Part shown: positions 60,543 to 64,000 of the stretch, piece after piece
Layout of the letters: the number at the start of each line of letters is the position of its first letter
Numbering within the stretch: the first letter of the stretch is position 1
Source: Verrucomicrobiales bacterium
GTDB lineage: Bacteria > Verrucomicrobiota > Verrucomicrobiia > Verrucomicrobiales > V1-33
NCBI GenBank assembly: GCA_031411295.1
Contig: JANOAV010000189.1
Location: 59,333-123,332, forward strand
Direction: 5' to 3'
Length of the DNA: 64,000 bases
Program-made: the position numbers and the translations under genes
The notes under the pieces: model-generated
Database searches by the model: none
The model's input: the letters and a program-made list of their open reading frames with translations, nothing else
What the model was told of the DNA's origin: nothing

Positions 60543-61883
60543 TCAGGCGGTGAGTTCGGCCAGGACGTGATCGAAGACTGCGAGCAGGAAATCGGCATCG
60601 GCTTCGGTTAGGCACATGGGTGGTTTGATGCGGATGACGGAGCCGTTTAGGCCGCCTTTGCCGACGATGAGCTGGTGGTCTTTGCAGCGTTCCATGAAGC
60701 CGGCGGTGAAGGCAGTGGCGGGCTGGCCGTCGAGGACGAATTCCACACCAAGAATGAGGCCGCTGCCGCGGACGTTGGCGATGACGGGATATTTTGCCTT
60801 CAGTTTATTGAGGCCTGCGATGAGGTGGTCGCCTATTTTTTTGCACTGCGCCATGGTGTTGTCGCGCAGCATGATGTCGAGCGTAGCTTTGCCCTGGGCC
60901 ATGGCGAGGGGATCGCCTCCGAAGGTGTTGAAATGAATTTTAACGAACATTTTTTCGGCAATGGCATCGGTGGTCACAACAGCGGCTAGGGGAAATCCGT
61001 TGCCGATGGATTTCGCCATGACGACGATGTCAGGCACGACGTTATAGTTTTGGAAACCCCAGAAGTTCGTGCCGGTGCGGCCAAAGCCGGTTTGCACTTC
61101 ATCGGCAATGCAGACACCACCGGCATCGCGCGTGTGGGCGTAGGCGTGGGTGAGATAATCGGCAGGATACGGCACGGTGCCACCGACGCCTTGCATGGGC
61201 TCGGCAATGAAGGCGGCCACTTTGCCGGATGTTCCGAATTTGATGATGTCCTTCACTTCCTCTGCATAGAGTTTGCCGGCATCGGGCGTGTCGTAGGAAA
61301 TGGGGCCCCAGACGGGATGCGGGGCTTTGAGGTGTTGGAAGCCGGGCAGGGCTGGGACGTTGTATTTCCAAGTGCTGTGGCTTGTGAGGGACATGCCGAC
61401 CGCATTGCCGCCATGGTAGCAATTGCGCAGGGAAAGGATATCGCTGTTGCCGGTGTAGAGGCGCGCCATGAGCACGGCAAGGTCGTTGGCCTCAGAGCCG
61501 GAGTTCACGAAATAGACCCGACTAAGGGATTCCGGAAACGTGCCAGCGAGGGTCTCCGCAAACTCGACCACGGCTGGGTGAAGGTAGCAGGTGGGCGCAT
61601 GTTGAATCAACCCGGCCTGGGCAATGAGCGCGGCATTTACTTCAGGATGACAATGCCCCACGCTCACGGTGCAAATGCCGCCAAAGCAATCCAGATAACG
61701 TTTCCCGGTTTCATCATAGAGGTATTGCATCTTGCCCTCGACCGGCATGAACGGGTCTTTGTAGAGCAGGAAAATTCCCTGGTTAAGGACGGCTTTGCGT
61801 CTGGCTAGGAGTTCTGCCTTGGAAGGGCCGTGGTAAGGGGCGGGGGTGTGGTCAAACGGTGGGAGTGTGGGTGGTGTTTTCAT
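60543..61883 (-). CDS. Class III aminotransferase, AGXT2-like (probable beta-alanine aminotransferase)
   Basis: YLDCFGGICTVSVGHCHP, NSGSEAND, IADEVQTGFGRTG, MAKSIGNG. Confidence 0.88.
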   Translation of the reverse strand: MKTPPTLPPFDHTPAPYHGPSKAELLARRKAVLNQGIFLLYKDPFMPVEGKMQYLYDETGKRYLDCFGGICTVSVGHCHPEVNAALIAQAGLIQHAPTCYLHPAVVEFAETLAGTFPESLSRVYFVNSGSEANDLAVLMARLYTGNSDILSLRNCYHGGNAVGMSLTSHSTWKYNVPALPGFQHLKAPHPVWGPISYDTPDAGKLYAEEVKDIIKFGTSGKVAAFIAEPMQGVGGTVPYPADYLTHAYAHTRDAGGVCIADEVQTGFGRTGTNFWGFQNYNVVPDIVVMAKSIGNGFPLAAVVTTDAIAEKMFVKIHFNTFGGDPLAMAQGKATLDIMLRDNTMAQCKKIGDHLIAGLNKLKAKYPVIANVRGSGLILGVEFVLDGQPATAFTAGFMERCKDHQLIVGKGGLNGSVIRIKPPMCLTEADADFLLAVFDHVLAELTA

Positions 61884-61996
61884 GGTGTGAGGGCCATCTT
61901 TACAGCGGGAATCGGACCATTTCACCTGAATTCTCCTCCGCTCTGCCACGCCGCAGGAACACTTGCGCCACCTTAGTTTCACATTATAATAGACCA

Positions 61997-62587
61997 ATGG
62001 GCATTCCAATTCAGCATAAGGCCATTTCGGTAGAGGAGTATTTGCGTGGCGAACCTCTGAGTGAGGTGCGTCATGAATTCATTGATGGCGAGGTGATTGC
62101 GATGGCAGGCGGATCGAGGGCACATAACGCGATTTCGCTCAACTTCGCGTCCGAACTCCGCCAACACCTGCGCGGCAAGCCTTGCGAGGTTTTCATGGCC
62201 GATGTGAAAGCCCGCGTGCTGGCGCATCAGCAAGACACGTTCTATTATCCAGATGTCATGGTGGGCTGCGATGAGCGTGACACGAACGATCTCTACTTAA
62301 GATTTCCCAAGCTCATCATCGAAGTGCTTTCCGAAAGCACGGAACGGGTGGATCGAAATGAGAAATTTCTCCGTTATATGACGATTCCCACGTTGGAGGA
62401 ATATGTTCTGGCAGAGCAAAATCGTCAGGCGGTCACGATCTTCCGCCGCAGCAAAGAATGGGCCAAGGAGGAAATCACGGATCCAGACGCATTCGTGAAT
62501 TTGGAGTCCGTTGGTCTAACACTACCACTGGCAGCCTTTTACATGAACATCGTTTTCCCGAGAAAAAAGGAACATTCCCAGGAGTAG
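61997..62587 (+). CDS. Uma2-family (DUF820) endonuclease-like protein
   Basis: EEYLRGE...RHEFIDG, YYPDVMVGCD, PKLIIEVLSEST, LEEYVL. Confidence 0.9.
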   Translation: MGIPIQHKAISVEEYLRGEPLSEVRHEFIDGEVIAMAGGSRAHNAISLNFASELRQHLRGKPCEVFMADVKARVLAHQQDTFYYPDVMVGCDERDTNDLYLRFPKLIIEVLSESTERVDRNEKFLRYMTIPTLEEYVLAEQNRQAVTIFRRSKEWAKEEITDPDAFVNLESVGLTLPLAAFYMNIVFPRKKEHSQE

Positions 62588-62607
62588 ATTCGAGAGCGGG
62601 ACGGTGG

Positions 62608-64000
62608 TTAGGAAATAGGACCTCTAGGGCTTGTAAGGCGTATAGGGCCTATCTTCTGTTTGAGGGCTTCTGGCGTAAGTGGTGAGGGAATGTCTGCCGC
62701 CGCCCTGCCAAAGGCCTGCAGCGCATCGCGCAGGGCTTCCCTGACGGAAATGGCGAGCATGAGCGGAGGTTCACCGACGGCCTTGGAGCCGTGGATGGTG
62801 CCGGGCTGGGTGGATTGTTTCAGCAGGGAAACGCGGAAGTCCAGCGGGGCGTCGCTGATGGTGGGAATGGTGTAGGTGCTGGCGCTGTGGGTCAGGAGTT
62901 TTCCGTCAGGGTTCCATTTGAGTTCCTCGCAGGTGAGCCAGCCGGCGCCTTGCACGAAGCCGCCTTCGATCTGCCCGCGGTCGATGCCGGGGTTCAATGA
63001 ATCTCCAACATCGTGCAGGATGTCCACGCGGCGGAGGTGGTTCATGCCGGTGAAACCATCGATTTCCACTTCGCTGACGGCGGCTCCGAAGGCATAGTAG
63101 TGAAAGGGTTTTCCTCTTCCCACCTGCCAGTCCCACTGCAGATCGGGCGTGACGTAAAATCCGGCGGCGGAGAGTTGGATGCGCTCTGTGTAGGCTTTGG
63201 CGATGATGTCCTTGAAGGGAACGGAGGTCCCGTTAGGCGCCATGAGCTTGGCGTCGGCAAAGGTGATGTCTGCTTGCGTGCAGTTGAGCTGCACCGCAGC
63301 CAGTGGAGCAAGGCGTGCGCGCAATTGCTGGCAGGCATCGGCCACGGCCATGCCGTTGAGATCGGAGCCGGAGCTGGCGGCGGTGGCAGACGTGTTAGGC
63401 ACTTTGTCTGTGCGGGTGCGCATGAGTCGAATGCGGTCGGCCGGCAGGCCGAGTTCGCGCATGGCGACACCAAGGATTTTCGTATGCAGGCCTTGGCCCA
63501 TCTCGGTGCCGCCGTGATTCACCTGCACGGAGCCGTCGGCGTAAATGAGCACGAGCGCTCCGGCTTGGTTGTAATGTTTCAGCGTGAAGCTGATGCCAAA
63601 TTTGACCGGAGTGATGGCGAGGCCGCGTTTCTTGTGAGGAAGGGCGGAATTCCATTGGGCGATGGTTTGCCTGCGCTGTGCGAAATCCGATGATGTTAGC
63701 AGTTCGCTCCAAATGCGTTCGAGGCGATTGCCCTCCACTGCTTCGCCATAGTGGGTGGTGTTCGTTTCGCCTTCACCATGGTAGAAATTTCGCTGCCGCA
63801 CGACTTCGGGCGGGAGATTCAATGCCTGTGCAATGCGGCCGAGGATGTCTTCAATGACAACCATGCCCTGCGGTCCGCCGAAGCCGCGAAAGGCGGTGTG
63901 CGAGGTGGTGTTGGTCTTGCAGACTTGGCCACGAAACTTCACGTGCGGAATGTAGTAGGCGTTGTCGAGATGGAACAGGCCGCGGTCATTCACCGGTTGC
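62608..64000 (-). CDS. xdhB: Xanthine dehydrogenase molybdopterin subunit, C-terminal part (runs off the window)
   Basis: TAFRGFGGPQG, KFGISF, HGGTEMGQGL, VPNTSATAAS, IDRGQIEGGFVQG, SKAVGEPP. Confidence 0.92.
   Translation of the reverse strand, partial: QPVNDRGLFHLDNAYYIPHVKFRGQVCKTNTTSHTAFRGFGGPQGMVVIEDILGRIAQALNLPPEVVRQRNFYHGEGETNTTHYGEAVEGNRLERIWSELLTSSDFAQRRQTIAQWNSALPHKKRGLAITPVKFGISFTLKHYNQAGALVLIYADGSVQVNHGGTEMGQGLHTKILGVAMRELGLPADRIRLMRTRTDKVPNTSATAASSGSDLNGMAVADACQQLRARLAPLAAVQLNCTQADITFADAKLMAPNGTSVPFKDIIAKAYTERIQLSAAGFYVTPDLQWDWQVGRGKPFHYYAFGAAVSEVEIDGFTGMNHLRRVDILHDVGDSLNPGIDRGQIEGGFVQGAGWLTCEELKWNPDGKLLTHSASTYTIPTISDAPLDFRVSLLKQSTQPGTIHGSKAVGEPPLMLAISVREALRDALQAFGRAAADIPSPLTPEALKQKIGPIRLTSPRGPIS

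Noticed and set aside
61950..61975. Sigma54-like site on the minus strand upstream of the aminotransferase (TGGCGCAAGTGTTCC)
   Set aside because: The -12 GC is absent at the required spacing

Overview
Bacterial chromosomal window, most likely Verrucomicrobiota (inferred from PEP-CTERM proteins, an LTD/CotH giant protein, DUF1552 and Uma2 genes). Housekeeping blocks are yqgE, a SurA-like PPIase, pdhA-pdhB, a DEAD-box helicase, rpsB-tsf, araD and a large pyrimidine/purine catabolic cluster (cytosine deaminase, LOG, preA, mmsA, hydA, ureidopropionase, aminotransferase, xdhB). Three accessory loci stand out. (1) At 8.8-17.6 kb, a six-gene minus-strand operon: unusual ECF sigma, membrane anti-sigma-like protein, TpsB pore, subtilase, exported TPR-CHAT caspase-like protease and mini-TpsA; this is a candidate protease-triggered signalling/secretion system. 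(2) At 18.9-21.3 kb, a uORF and a highly structured, Y-RNA-like leader precede an RbfA paralogue and RtcB. (3) At 27.9-41 kb, a nine-gene minus-strand island (c-heme protein, di-heme oxygenase/peroxidase, GH75, alpha-dioxygenase-like peroxidase, tyrosinase, Zn peptidase, gluzincin, MBL hydrolase, alpha/beta hydrolase) ends near an intact IS630. Three separate cases of a small cargo sandwiched between a gene and a diverged remnant of that gene's end suggest a recurrent integrase-free gene-capture route. Two 1-nt homopolymer frameshifts probably reflect sequencing error. All family calls come from motif recognition by eye; no searches were run.
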